Shown here one piece after another: positions 8,650 to 18,141 of a DNA stretch of 64,000 nucleotides; the first letter of the stretch is position 1; the number at the start of each line of letters is the position of its first letter. Under the pieces are notes generated by a model. The model saw only the letters and a program-made list of their open reading frames with translations. It did not search any database and was not told the DNA's origin. Source of the DNA: an uncultured Gammaproteobacteria bacterium. GTDB taxonomy: Bacteria > Patescibacteriota > Microgenomatia > Daviesbacterales > UBA10151. The position numbers and the translations under genes are program-made. The stretch spans positions 27,686 to 91,685 of the forward strand of contig CAYMIA010000002.1 in assembly GCA_964390595.1 (NCBI GenBank), in the 5' to 3' direction.

Positions 8650-9228
8650 ATGTCTGTTTTAGGTTTAGATGAAGTTGCCAAAAGAATCAAAAAAGATAAA
8701 CTAATTGAAAATTTGGGTGCTAGGGATCTGAAAAATCCTGAAGGGGTGGGGATTGATTTAAGGCTAGGGGAGTTGCATCAAATTGTTAAAGGAAGAGCCT
8801 TTATTGATGCAGATATTGATGAGGTCAACCAAGGAGCTAGAAAAGGAGTTGAAACCAAATTAATTGCCCAATTTAACCCAGACCTGCCTCCAGAGAAACA
8901 AGAGAGAATTGAACTTCAACCAGGAGAGTATTATCTAGCTGTTACCTTAGAAAAAGTTAATCTCCCGGAAAATCTATTTGGCCAATTTTTCCCTAGAACT
9001 AGCCTGTTTAGGGCTGGAGTTTTATTCCTCCCTGGTAAAGCTGACCCAGGCTACTCTGGTCCTTTAACCTTTGGTCTAAAAGTCCTGGATAAATTTCCCT
9101 TTAAAATTCAAATGGGGGCCAGATTTTCAAATATCGTTTTTGTAGAGATCACAGGTAAAGCAGTAAAATACAGAGGCCAACATCAAGGTGGTAGAGTCTC
9201 TCACTCCAAAGTCGAGACCCAAGTTTAA
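8650..9228 (+). CDS. dcd: dCTP deaminase / dUTPase-superfamily protein (Dcd-like)
   Basis: GVGIDLRLGE..., LQPGEYYLAVTLEKVNLPENL, FPRTSLFRAGV and ADPGYSGPLTFGLKV align with Dcd motifs (VDVRLG, LHPGELALAVTLE, RIDPGWSG..LEF). Confidence 0.65.
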   Translation: MSVLGLDEVAKRIKKDKLIENLGARDLKNPEGVGIDLRLGELHQIVKGRAFIDADIDEVNQGARKGVETKLIAQFNPDLPPEKQERIELQPGEYYLAVTLEKVNLPENLFGQFFPRTSLFRAGVLFLPGKADPGYSGPLTFGLKVLDKFPFKIQMGARFSNIVFVEITGKAVKYRGQHQGGRVSHSKVETQV

Positions 9229-9229
9229 A

Positions 9230-9520
9230 TTAAGAAACTGACTCTTTTGTAGAAGTTGCCTCTAATAATTCATCAACCACCTTTTCTTTAGCTCTCTCAA
9301 TTCCCCTTTGTGTCAGCAAGCCTCCACGCCTTAACTCATAAAACATCAATCTTTCTCTATTTCTAGGATCATTATTGATCAGATAAGAAACCCAGCGGCG
9401 TAGTTTATTATTTTCTTGTCGCAGTCTTTGTTTTTCATGTTGGGCATCCATCAATGCCTCTTGGGCAGACAAAAAAGCCGCTTGAAAATCTATTTGACCT
9501 TCTTTATCAGGTGAACTCAT
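9230..9520 (-). CDS. Hypothetical protein (96 aa, Arg/Gln-rich helical)
   Basis: ORF only. Convergent with dcd across a 1-nt gap. Confidence 0.45.
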   Translation of the reverse strand: MSSPDKEGQIDFQAAFLSAQEALMDAQHEKQRLRQENNKLRRWVSYLINNDPRNRERLMFYELRRGGLLTQRGIERAKEKVVDELLEATSTKESVS

Positions 9521-9545
9521 AGGTGAATTATATTATATTGAGGGC

Positions 9546-10433
9546 TTAAGTTACAGCATAGCTTGGTCGATAATTTTTTCTAGCACCCCTAGCTCTTCTT
9601 CTCTCAGAAGTTAACATCTGTTCGATTTTATTCTTAATATCTGGCCGGTCATTTGCCAACGTATCTTTGCTATCCGAGCTCCTAGGAGTTAATGCCACTT
9701 GATATCCAAAATCTATCAGGTCGACCATACTGTAATACATCGCTTCATGGCTACGAACTTGAGATCTTGCACCCAATACAAAACCCGGAATATTTGGAGT
9801 AATGACAGTTAAAGTGGATTTATCGAAAGTAGGTTTATAATCGCGGCGTGCCCACCTAAAATACTTTGCTTTGTTATCTATTTTATCAAAAAATTCTGGT
9901 CTGTAGGTATATTCTCCTGACTCAACAACTGTTCGCTGCCCAGTCTTTCTATCTATTTGGACCACTATGGCATCAGGCGCATAGATCCCTCGGGGAATAT
10001 CTAGGATCCTAATTGGAGTTATGAGCTGTTCTGGTAAATGCCCTACCTGATCGCTTGAAGTAGCCTCAGCAACCTTCAATCCCAAAAGTTCAATTCCTAG
10101 TTCATTAACCCGATCGGGAGACAATACAACTAAATTTGGGTGTCTATGAGCAACTAAGGTTTGATAGCTGTAGCGGGACAGTCCATGATTTAGCGCCCCC
10201 AAATAATCAGCAGTGTTGGCCCTTTCTCTCTCAGCTTTAGGCAGATCTTGCCGACCATAACGGGTATCTGAATAAGTTTGAGCAAACTCTGGAGTTTCTA
10301 AATAAAAGGCTAGTAATTTTCTGGGATGTTTACATCTTTCTGGATCTAAGGCTAAATTTTTTTGGTCAGCGATTTCAGCCTCAGTTAGAGGCACTAGAAT
10401 ATCTTGAATCTCTTTTTCTAGATTTCGTAACAT
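9546..10433 (-). CDS. Hypothetical protein (295 aa) with Arg-rich C-terminal tail
   Basis: Long ORF, no domain recognised. Confidence 0.5.
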   Translation of the reverse strand: MLRNLEKEIQDILVPLTEAEIADQKNLALDPERCKHPRKLLAFYLETPEFAQTYSDTRYGRQDLPKAERERANTADYLGALNHGLSRYSYQTLVAHRHPNLVVLSPDRVNELGIELLGLKVAEATSSDQVGHLPEQLITPIRILDIPRGIYAPDAIVVQIDRKTGQRTVVESGEYTYRPEFFDKIDNKAKYFRWARRDYKPTFDKSTLTVITPNIPGFVLGARSQVRSHEAMYYSMVDLIDFGYQVALTPRSSDSKDTLANDRPDIKNKIEQMLTSERRRARGARKNYRPSYAVT

Positions 10434-10566
10434 TGGGTCAATAAATTAATTTCATAATCCTCATTTTAGTAACTATAAGCTAAACTTATTATATTTCTCA
10501 GGTTCTTTTAAGTCAATTGCTAACCTGGGTTAACTTTACGGGAAACTTGAGTAAAAAGGCAATCTA

Positions 10567-10595
10567 TTGATTTTACACTCCTAACTTGCTAAAAT
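10567..10595 (+). promoter_or_regulatory. Sigma70-like promoter for rpsB: TTGATT, 17 nt, TAAAAT
   Basis: Hexamers with a 17-nt spacer lie ~75 nt upstream of the rpsB ATG. The leader also holds the palindrome CCTGAAGATTCAGG (10631-10644). Confidence 0.35.
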
Positions 10596-10670
10596 ATCTA
10601 CTCATCAAGCATCTAAAGCTTAGGTTTTCCTGAAGATTCAGGCTTTAGAGAAGTTGAAGGAAAACAAGTT

Positions 10671-11540
10671 ATGGCAATCTCAATACCCAATATGCAAGAT
10701 TTGCTCGAAGCTGGTGTTCATTTTGGACACCAAGTCCGCCGTGGCAACCCCAAAATGAAAAGCTATATTTATGGCGCCCGTGATGGTATTCATATCATTG
10801 ATCTAGCCCAATCTGAAGAAAAGTTAAAACAAGCGGCTGAGTATGCCTATGAACTAGGTAAAAAAGGTAGCATCCTACTGGTAATTGGAACCAAGAAACA
10901 GGCTAAAGATATCGTTGAAGACTTAGCTAAAAGTGCAGAAACTCCCTATTTGACCTCACACTGGGTTGGCGGATTGCTTACTAACTTTGATGAGATTAAA
11001 AAGAACTTAAGAAAGCTAACTGATCTCCAAATTGAACAAGACAAAGGTGAGCTCTCCCGTTATACCAAAAAAGAACAACTACTAATCTCCCGCAAGTTAG
11101 AAAAATTTGGCCTAGAGCTTGGCGGATTATCGGCTATGGATAAAATCCCCGATGCTCTCTTTATAGTAGACATCGTCGCTGATGGCACAGCAGTTAAAGA
11201 AGCGCTCAGAATGAACGTGCCTATGATCGGTTTTTCAGATACCAACGCCAATCCACTGCTGCTAGATTTCCCAATTCCATCCAACGACGATGGTATCAAA
11301 GCAATCAAGATCATCTGTGAAACTGTTCTAAAAGCCTATCAAAAGGGCAAAGAGGATGGGGGAGTTATGACAGTTCAACCTAAAAAAGAACCAGCTGCCA
11401 AAGATGCAAAAAAGACGGATGAAATCGAGGTAATCCCTCAAGTTGATGCCGCAATAGCCGAAGAAGCTGAAGTCCTCGAACAAGAAATTGAAGCCGCCAC
11501 CCTCGAGGCTGCTGAAGGCAAAGAAGGAAAGATCGAATAA
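10671..11540 (+). CDS. rpsB: 30S ribosomal protein S2
   Basis: MQDLLEAGVHFGHQVRRGNPKM..YIYGARDGIHIIDL. Acidic C-terminal tail. Confidence 0.95.
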   Translation: MAISIPNMQDLLEAGVHFGHQVRRGNPKMKSYIYGARDGIHIIDLAQSEEKLKQAAEYAYELGKKGSILLVIGTKKQAKDIVEDLAKSAETPYLTSHWVGGLLTNFDEIKKNLRKLTDLQIEQDKGELSRYTKKEQLLISRKLEKFGLELGGLSAMDKIPDALFIVDIVADGTAVKEALRMNVPMIGFSDTNANPLLLDFPIPSNDDGIKAIKIICETVLKAYQKGKEDGGVMTVQPKKEPAAKDAKKTDEIEVIPQVDAAIAEEAEVLEQEIEAATLEAAEGKEGKIE

Positions 11541-11998
11541 TGGCCGTCAACGTTGATGATATTAAAAAGTTAAGAGAAGAAACTGGCGCTGGGATCGCCG
11601 ATTGCCGCGAGGCCCTCTCGGAAAGTGGTGGCGATTTTGAAAAAGCCAAAACTTTTTTAAGAAAAAAAGGCCTGGCTAAAGCGGGTTCCAAGTCTGGCCG
11701 GGAGGTCAAAGCTGGCGTTATTGAGACCTATTCTCATGGGGGAAGAGTTGGAGTTTTAGTTGAAGTCCTTTGTGAAACTGATTTTGTGGCTAAAACTGCC
11801 GATTTTAAAAATTTAGCCCACGAAATAGCCTTACAAATCGCCTCAATGAGGCCTGATTCAGTCGCTGATTTGCTTGAGCAAGAATACATCCGCGATAACT
11901 CTCAAAAAATTGATGATCTTGTCAAAAGTGTCATCGCCAAACTCGGTGAAAATATTCAAATTGGCCGGTTTGAGCGCATCGGACTAGGCGAACAGTAA
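11540..11998 (+). CDS. tsf: Elongation factor Ts, short 152-aa form
   Basis: IKKLREETGAGIADCREAL..GDFEKAKTFLRKKGLAKA, then TDFVAK. Start overlaps the rpsB stop. Confidence 0.9.
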   Translation: MAVNVDDIKKLREETGAGIADCREALSESGGDFEKAKTFLRKKGLAKAGSKSGREVKAGVIETYSHGGRVGVLVEVLCETDFVAKTADFKNLAHEIALQIASMRPDSVADLLEQEYIRDNSQKIDDLVKSVIAKLGENIQIGRFERIGLGEQ

Positions 11999-12552
11999 TG
12001 GATCACAACTTAAACGAAGCGTCAGAAAAAATTCAAGGAGCTCTTGAACATTTAAAAATAGAGCTTGCTGCCATCAGGGCAGGCCGCGCTAATCCAGCCC
12101 TAATCGAAAATTTAATTATCCCAGTCTATGGCTCTCAAATGAAACTAGTCGAACTCGGCACAATCGCTGCTCCTCAACCCACACTGCTGACAGTTCAAAT
12201 CTGGGATGCCTCCATCGTCCATGATGTTCAAAAAGCGATCATGGAAGCTAATTTAGGCTTAAATCCGTCAACTGAAGGTCAAACAATCCGCTTGCCAATT
12301 CCACCGCTAACTGAAGAACGCCGGACTGAATTTGTCAAAGTCGCCAAAGCCAAAGGGGAAGAGGCCAAAGTTGCGGTCCGCCAAATCCGGGCTGATAATC
12401 GGGAAAATTGGTTAAAGCAAAAAGAGTCAGGTGAGATCGGCGAAGATGAATTTTTCCGCAGAGAAAAACTTCTTCAAGATCTAATTGATCACTCAGCTGC
12501 CGCCGCTGACGATCTCGTCAAGCAAAAAGAAGACGAGCTCATGCAACTCTAA
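11998..12552 (+). CDS. frr: Ribosome recycling factor
   Basis: IRAGRANPALIENL...LNPSTEGQTIRLPIPPLTEERR...VAVRQIRAD...KEDELMQL. No pyrH lies between tsf and frr. Confidence 0.9.
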   Translation: MDHNLNEASEKIQGALEHLKIELAAIRAGRANPALIENLIIPVYGSQMKLVELGTIAAPQPTLLTVQIWDASIVHDVQKAIMEANLGLNPSTEGQTIRLPIPPLTEERRTEFVKVAKAKGEEAKVAVRQIRADNRENWLKQKESGEIGEDEFFRREKLLQDLIDHSAAAADDLVKQKEDELMQL

Positions 12553-12640
12553 TTTTGATTATTGATTACAGATTAGTGATTATGGAATTCAATAATCGAT
12601 ATTCGACAATCGATGATCAAGATTTGGTATACTATTACCC

Positions 12641-13771
12641 ATGTTACTTACTGTGATAATTTTCATTCTCACCATCCTGGTTTTAGTTGTTATCCATGAA
12701 TTGGGTCATTTTTTTGCCGCCAAAAAGTTTGGGATTAAAGTCTTAGAGTTTGGATTCGGAATTCCACCGCGGATTTTTGGTAAAAAATGGGGAGAGACCT
12801 TAGTCTCAATTAACTGGTTACCTTTTGGGGGCTTTGTCCGGCTTCTGGGGGAAGATGAATCTGATCCCAAAGTTCTAGATAACAAGCGCTCATTTGCTGC
12901 TGCCCCGGTCTGGAAGAGAATCGTGGTGGTTGTAGCCGGAGTGGTCATGAATCTGGCGCTGGCTTGGTTGCTTTTTTATATCGTCTTAGGAGTTCAAGGC
13001 TTTAAAACTCAAGTCCCACTCCTTTCTGATCACCGCTTTGCTGGGGTTAACCAAACCAATGAAGATATCTTACTTATTACTGGAGTAGCTAAAGACTCTC
13101 CAGCCAAATCTGCAGGTATCATTCAAGGAGACCGGGTGATCGCTATTAATGATCAGCCTATCACTAACTCAGACCAGTTGATTCAAAAAATTAAAGAGAA
13201 TGCGGGTCACCCTACCCAGCTAACTCTCTCTGATCAACAAAAAACCAAATTAAAAGTTGTTCAGATTACTCCTAGAGAAAATCCACCACCCGGTCAAGGC
13301 GCCTTGGGCATCAGTTTTGGAACATTCCGGATCGCCAATCTAAACTATCTGTCCACAGCTCAGAAAGTTTTTGCTGGACCGATCCATTCCTATAATCTCA
13401 TCTCCTATTCCCTGGAGATCTTGGGTAAAACCATTGGTAACTCAGTCGCCACTCACAATCTCGCCCCTGTTGCCCAAACAGTTTCTGGGCCAATTGGGAT
13501 CACCTCACTAGTAGGTAGTATCTTGGCTATTAAAAACCCACTGATTCCATATATTGAGTTCTTGGCGATGCTCTCCCTAAATTTAGCAGTCATCAACGTT
13601 TTGCCTTTCCCAGGCTTAGATGGAGGCAGATTACTATTTCTGGTAATTGAAGCGGTCACCCGTAAAAAAGTTCACCCAACTATTGAAAAATATGTCCATA
13701 CCGTTGGACTCGTAGTTTTAATTGGGCTGATACTTTTAGTTTCTATCTCCGATATTAAAAAGCTTTTCTAA
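12641..13771 (+). CDS. rseP: RseP-like site-2 protease (M50 zinc metalloprotease with PDZ domain)
   Basis: HELGHFFAAKKFGIKV (HExxH in TM1), PDZ region GDRVIAINDQPI, C-terminal LDGG motif. Confidence 0.85.
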   Translation: MLLTVIIFILTILVLVVIHELGHFFAAKKFGIKVLEFGFGIPPRIFGKKWGETLVSINWLPFGGFVRLLGEDESDPKVLDNKRSFAAAPVWKRIVVVVAGVVMNLALAWLLFYIVLGVQGFKTQVPLLSDHRFAGVNQTNEDILLITGVAKDSPAKSAGIIQGDRVIAINDQPITNSDQLIQKIKENAGHPTQLTLSDQQKTKLKVVQITPRENPPPGQGALGISFGTFRIANLNYLSTAQKVFAGPIHSYNLISYSLEILGKTIGNSVATHNLAPVAQTVSGPIGITSLVGSILAIKNPLIPYIEFLAMLSLNLAVINVLPFPGLDGGRLLFLVIEAVTRKKVHPTIEKYVHTVGLVVLIGLILLVSISDIKKLF

Positions 13772-15099
13772 AGAAGCAGCTTATTTAATAGATCAAGAAC
13801 AACCTCTTTTTTACGCATATGTTTGAGCTTACCATCTTTGGTGACATAAACTACCTCTGGGCGTAGAACTGTAAACTGATTAGAACGGGAAATCGTATAA
13901 GCCCCTGCATCCAAAACTATGACAGTATCTCCTACCTCCATCTTGGGCATCTTTTGATCGATCGCTAAAATATCTGGCGTGCTAAGGGTATTTCCAGCAA
14001 TTCCGTACTTGTGAGTTGGTTTTTGGTGGTATTTATTGGCCACGATAAATCCACGGCGGATAAAAAAGATACTCTCCGGAATAATATTCGCTCCACCATC
14101 CAAAAAGATCCAACCCTTTTTGGCTGAAATGACCTGGGTAATTAATACCCCAGAGTCAGAAACGATAAATCTGCCTGGCTCCAGAACTAAGGTGATGTCA
14201 GCCAATTTATATTTAGCCAGATTATCTTTAAATCTAGTGGCAATTCTTCTGCCAAATTCTTCAATCGAGGCTGCCTTTGAATATTGAGAGACACCAACTT
14301 TGTTTAAAATAATATTTTGAATTGAAAAATAGTTAATACTTTGTACTCCATATCCTCCCCCTAGATTAATCTCTTCCAACTTAATGCCAAGCTTTTTCTT
14401 TAAATCTGAGGCCAACTTAATAAATTTATCTACAGTTTTTTCATAATAAGACGGATCAGTAATCATTGAACCAATATGGGTATGAATCCCCACCGGTTCA
14501 ACATTTTTTAGCTCTTGAGCGATCCGGAACGCCTCCACCGCATCAGAAATAGGCACCCCAAACTTAGAGATATAGTTTTCGATAAAGGTTTTTAACATTG
14601 AGATGTGAATCTCAGGATAGATCCGGAAGCCAATTTTAACTTTTTGTTTATTTTTGCCAGCGATCTTATCAACTAAATACAGCATGTCTAGTGAATCGAC
14701 ATTTAATATATGCACCCCTTCTTTGATGCAAAGATCAATATCCTCAGATGTCCACCCCGGTCCATCTAGCACCAAATCAGGCCCAGAAAATCCAGCTTTT
14801 TTGGCAAAGGCTAACTCCATACCCGAAGCCAATTCAGCCTTGCTACCCTGAGAGCGCAAAGTGCTTAGGATTTGCGGCTCATAGTTAGTTTTCATTGAAT
14901 AATAAACTTCGGTTTTGGGATAATATTTGCGGAAGGCTGAAGACAGAGCTTTATAATTTTCAATAATTCTAGCCTCAGAAAAAACAAAGACTGGGGAGTC
15001 GTATCTTTTGACTAAATCCTCAACTGGAATCCCAGAAAATAAAACCCCATTTTTTGCAGAAACCGATAACCCCGAACTCTTACCTTTAGTTAGTGCCAT
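13768..15099 (-). CDS. PLP-dependent Orn/DAP/Arg decarboxylase family 2 enzyme (diaminopimelate decarboxylase-like)
   Basis: PLP-lysine motif YYSMKTNY (consensus YAVKAN) and HTHIGS. Length 443 aa. Stop overlaps the rseP stop convergently. Confidence 0.7.
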   Translation of the reverse strand: MALTKGKSSGLSVSAKNGVLFSGIPVEDLVKRYDSPVFVFSEARIIENYKALSSAFRKYYPKTEVYYSMKTNYEPQILSTLRSQGSKAELASGMELAFAKKAGFSGPDLVLDGPGWTSEDIDLCIKEGVHILNVDSLDMLYLVDKIAGKNKQKVKIGFRIYPEIHISMLKTFIENYISKFGVPISDAVEAFRIAQELKNVEPVGIHTHIGSMITDPSYYEKTVDKFIKLASDLKKKLGIKLEEINLGGGYGVQSINYFSIQNIILNKVGVSQYSKAASIEEFGRRIATRFKDNLAKYKLADITLVLEPGRFIVSDSGVLITQVISAKKGWIFLDGGANIIPESIFFIRRGFIVANKYHQKPTHKYGIAGNTLSTPDILAIDQKMPKMEVGDTVIVLDAGAYTISRSNQFTVLRPEVVYVTKDGKLKHMRKKEVVLDLLNKLLL

Positions 15100-15162
15100 A
15101 CTACATCAAGCAAAGTACCAATAAGCATAAACCTTGTCAATAGTGTAAAATATCCGTTTGTT

Positions 15163-15912
15163 ATGGAATTTGAAAACAAGCCGGCCGATCCAAAATTGGT
15201 CAATTTGATGCTAAGAGGGATAACTAGATGGCCCCAATCCAACTTGGGTGGGCTACTAGTCCATGCTGAAGTCTTAAACAACCCACCAGAGTCTTGGGAG
15301 CAGCTAGGAATGTCAGTTCTCAGCTCAGAGCAAGTTGATAAAATTGGTCGAAGATTAACTCTACTGCATCACTCTTTTGGAATACCAGTCGGTTATGGTC
15401 AGTACCGGAGAAATGGTGAAAAGCAGTTAAAAGAAGCGGAGATTCAAAGATTATGGTGGAGCATCAAATCTGGAATTATCACTACCAGCTTAAGCTACTA
15501 TTACGAAACCAATAAACTGCCTTTGGTATTTGTGGCGCTAGCTAGACAAAGGGGATTATATGATCCCGATAGCCTGGAAGATCTACGTGAGTTTATGGAA
15601 GGGGAAAGAACTACTAGACAATTTCAGGACTTTAAAGCTGCCATTCAAATAGCCAGAGATTTTTTGGTCAGTCACAAAGGAGGGGAGATTTCAAGGTATT
15701 TTAAACATTATTACCGGATAAAGTATTCAGGAGTCACATCCAGACCTGAATTCGACATAACTGGAGATAAATATCATCTGCCAGATTATAACGATCCAGA
15801 CTTCCCCATTGATTGTTTATACCGGGTTGGTGCCCATATACTCAGTGATACTCAGGCAGCTCTAGGCAAAAGAATTGTCAACAATTGGTTATTAAGTGGA
15901 TATAGTGTATAA
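15163..15912 (+). CDS. Hypothetical protein (249 aa)
   Basis: ORF only. Confidence 0.5.
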   Translation: MEFENKPADPKLVNLMLRGITRWPQSNLGGLLVHAEVLNNPPESWEQLGMSVLSSEQVDKIGRRLTLLHHSFGIPVGYGQYRRNGEKQLKEAEIQRLWWSIKSGIITTSLSYYYETNKLPLVFVALARQRGLYDPDSLEDLREFMEGERTTRQFQDFKAAIQIARDFLVSHKGGEISRYFKHYYRIKYSGVTSRPEFDITGDKYHLPDYNDPDFPIDCLYRVGAHILSDTQAALGKRIVNNWLLSGYSV

Positions 15913-16021
15913 TAATCTCAAAGCATTGATAGAGTTTCCCGCTCTGGAGCTGGGTGCGATAAGCATACCCGTTGATAACGTTATAATTTTCAATTAAGAA
16001 GTAACCAAGGTGGTACCACGA

Positions 16022-16348
16022 ATGCACTTCGTCCTTGCAAATTATTGCAATGAAAGGAGTGCTTTTATTTTGGAATTATTAATCAATAAACCTACCAAGC
16101 AAGAATCAGATCGCTGTTTGCGTGCAGTCAGACTGGATTCCTGTTCTCAAGTCAGGCACTTGGCAGGAGCTGCAGCTGAGATCAGAGGTTTTTCAGCCAG
16201 TGATCTGGCATACAAACAAGCTGTCATCAAAGCCTTTGATAATCTAATGGATTGTTGTCCAGCTTTTCAGTATTGGAAAGAAAATGAGGAAGATTTTGGT
16301 GATCTAGCTCAACTAGCCTGTTTTAATCGGAGAATCACCATTCAATGA
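16022..16348 (+). CDS. Hypothetical Cys-containing protein (~108 aa), translationally coupled to proS
   Basis: Stop overlaps the proS ATG (ATGA at 16345). The ORF-track start is GTG at 16010; the first ATG is 16022. Confidence 0.4.
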   Translation: MHFVLANYCNERSAFILELLINKPTKQESDRCLRAVRLDSCSQVRHLAGAAAEIRGFSASDLAYKQAVIKAFDNLMDCCPAFQYWKENEEDFGDLAQLACFNRRITIQ

Positions 16349-17772
16349 CTAAATTAACCACAAGAGCTGAAGATTTTTCTGGCTGGTACAACGATGTAAT
16401 TGAGCAAGCCAAATTAGCTGAACATGGTCCAGTCAAAGGGACCATGATTATCAGGCCTTATGGTTATGCGATCTGGGAATCAATTCAAAAAATTTTGGAT
16501 CATAAAATTAAGGCCGCTGGAGTTCAAAACGCTTACTTTCCTTTATTTATTCCCAACTCATTTCTGCAAAAAGAAAAATCTCACGTTGAAGGATTTTCCC
16601 CAGAACTGGCAGTAGTGACCCACGGTGGAGGAGAAAAGTTGGCAGAGCCAATTATCGTTCGCCCTACATCTGAAACAATCATGTATGATGCCTACTCCCG
16701 CTGGATTCAGTCATTCAGGGATCTGCCTTTAAAAATAAATCAATGGAACAATGTTGTCAGATGGGAAAAGCGCCCCTATCTATTTTTGCGGACGACAGAG
16801 TTTCTTTGGCAGGAAGGCCACACTGCTCATGCGACCAAAGAAGAAGCAGCAGAGATGACTTTGGAAGGTATAAAAATGTACGTTAGCGTTTACCAGGATC
16901 ACTTAGCACTTTATGGGTTTACTGGAAGAAAGTCTGAAACAGAAAAATTTGCTGGGGGGGATATGACCTTGACCTATGAAATTCTCTCGCCAGATGGTAA
17001 AACCATCCAAAGTTGCACCAGTCATAACCTCGGTCAAAACTTTGCCAAAGCCTTTAAAATTCAATATCAAGATGATAAAGGAGAACAGCAGTTCGTTCAC
17101 CAAACTTCCTGGGGATTCACAACTAGATCAATAGGAGCGCTAATTATGGGCCACGGGGATGACAAGGGTTTAATCTTACCTCCTCAAATCGCCCCATTGC
17201 AAGTAATAATTATCCCCATAGTCACCAAGGATGTTGATGCAGAGGAAATTAAAAAATTTGCCGATGAAATATTTGGAATTTTAGAAGGTCATGACATTAG
17301 AGTCCGGATCGATGATTCGAGCCAGTCTCCAGGTTGGAAATTCAATCAGTATGAATTAGAAGGAGTGCCTCTGCGGATTGAAATCGGCCCATCTGAACTC
17401 AGAGAAAAACAGGTTAGTCTAACCCCACGAGATGGAGAAGGTAAGCAATTGGCCAGACTAGATCAAGTCGCCTCTCAGGTTGAAGAGATGCTCTCTTCGC
17501 TGCAAGCCAGACTATTTGAGAGATCTAAACAATTTACCCTAGAAAATACCAGACAAGCTGATACTTATGATCAATTTAAGGAAATTATGAGCACAAGTCG
17601 AGGATTTATTGAGGCATTTTGGTGTGAAGATAAAGAATGTGAAGCTAAAATTAAAGAAGAAACCAAAGCCACAACCAGGTGTTTGCCCCTAGATGCCATT
17701 GAAGTAAAAGGGGAGTGTGTCCGCTGTGGAAAACCAGCTACCCACCGCTGGATCTTTGGCCAATCATACTAA
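16345..17772 (+). CDS. proS: Prolyl-tRNA synthetase, archaeal/eukaryotic type (class IIa, C-terminal zinc-binding domain)
   Basis: FSGWYNDVIEQAKL...VKGTMIIRPYGYAIWE, RPTSETIMY, and a C-terminal Cys cluster CEDKECE...CVRCGK with terminal Y. Confidence 0.9.
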   Translation: MTKLTTRAEDFSGWYNDVIEQAKLAEHGPVKGTMIIRPYGYAIWESIQKILDHKIKAAGVQNAYFPLFIPNSFLQKEKSHVEGFSPELAVVTHGGGEKLAEPIIVRPTSETIMYDAYSRWIQSFRDLPLKINQWNNVVRWEKRPYLFLRTTEFLWQEGHTAHATKEEAAEMTLEGIKMYVSVYQDHLALYGFTGRKSETEKFAGGDMTLTYEILSPDGKTIQSCTSHNLGQNFAKAFKIQYQDDKGEQQFVHQTSWGFTTRSIGALIMGHGDDKGLILPPQIAPLQVIIIPIVTKDVDAEEIKKFADEIFGILEGHDIRVRIDDSSQSPGWKFNQYELEGVPLRIEIGPSELREKQVSLTPRDGEGKQLARLDQVASQVEEMLSSLQARLFERSKQFTLENTRQADTYDQFKEIMSTSRGFIEAFWCEDKECEAKIKEETKATTRCLPLDAIEVKGECVRCGKPATHRWIFGQSY

Positions 17773-17829
17773 TCTCTTGTTTTTTCTTTAACCTGTGCTA
17801 TTCTTGACTCAATAAAGGAGGTGAAAAAA

Positions 17830-18102
17830 ATGACATCAGAAACACGAAGAGAATTTAGGGAGATTATGGATGAAGAAGCAAGATTTGCGGATGCCCGTGG
17901 AGCTTTATATAGGGAATTTGGACCAAGGGTTGGTATGAGCATCGTTTTTTATCGTGGTCTTGACACATACGGACCCCTGAATGAATCAGCAAAAGAGGCC
18001 AGGAGACATGAGCTAGCAGAAGTTCTAGCAACTGACTTATCAGGGATATCAGAAGACAAGAGAGCAGCTAGATTAGAAGCAATTTTAAAAGCTTTAGACT
18101 AA
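17830..18102 (+). CDS. Hypothetical small protein (~90 aa)
   Basis: Strong SD AGGAGG 10 nt upstream of the ATG at 17830. The ORF-track GTG at 17821 is less likely. Confidence 0.5.
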   Translation: MTSETRREFREIMDEEARFADARGALYREFGPRVGMSIVFYRGLDTYGPLNESAKEARRHELAEVLATDLSGISEDKRAARLEAILKALD

Positions 18103-18141
18103 ACTTTGCAAAGACTCAGTATATAGTTTTATACTTAAATT

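Noticed and set aside
8650-9228. Dcd-like gene as an anti-phage dCTP-deaminase defence system.
   Set aside because: It is the size of housekeeping Dcd (192 aa), with no fused kinase or sensor domain, and sits inside a thymidylate operon with thyA and folA. A biosynthetic role is far more parsimonious.
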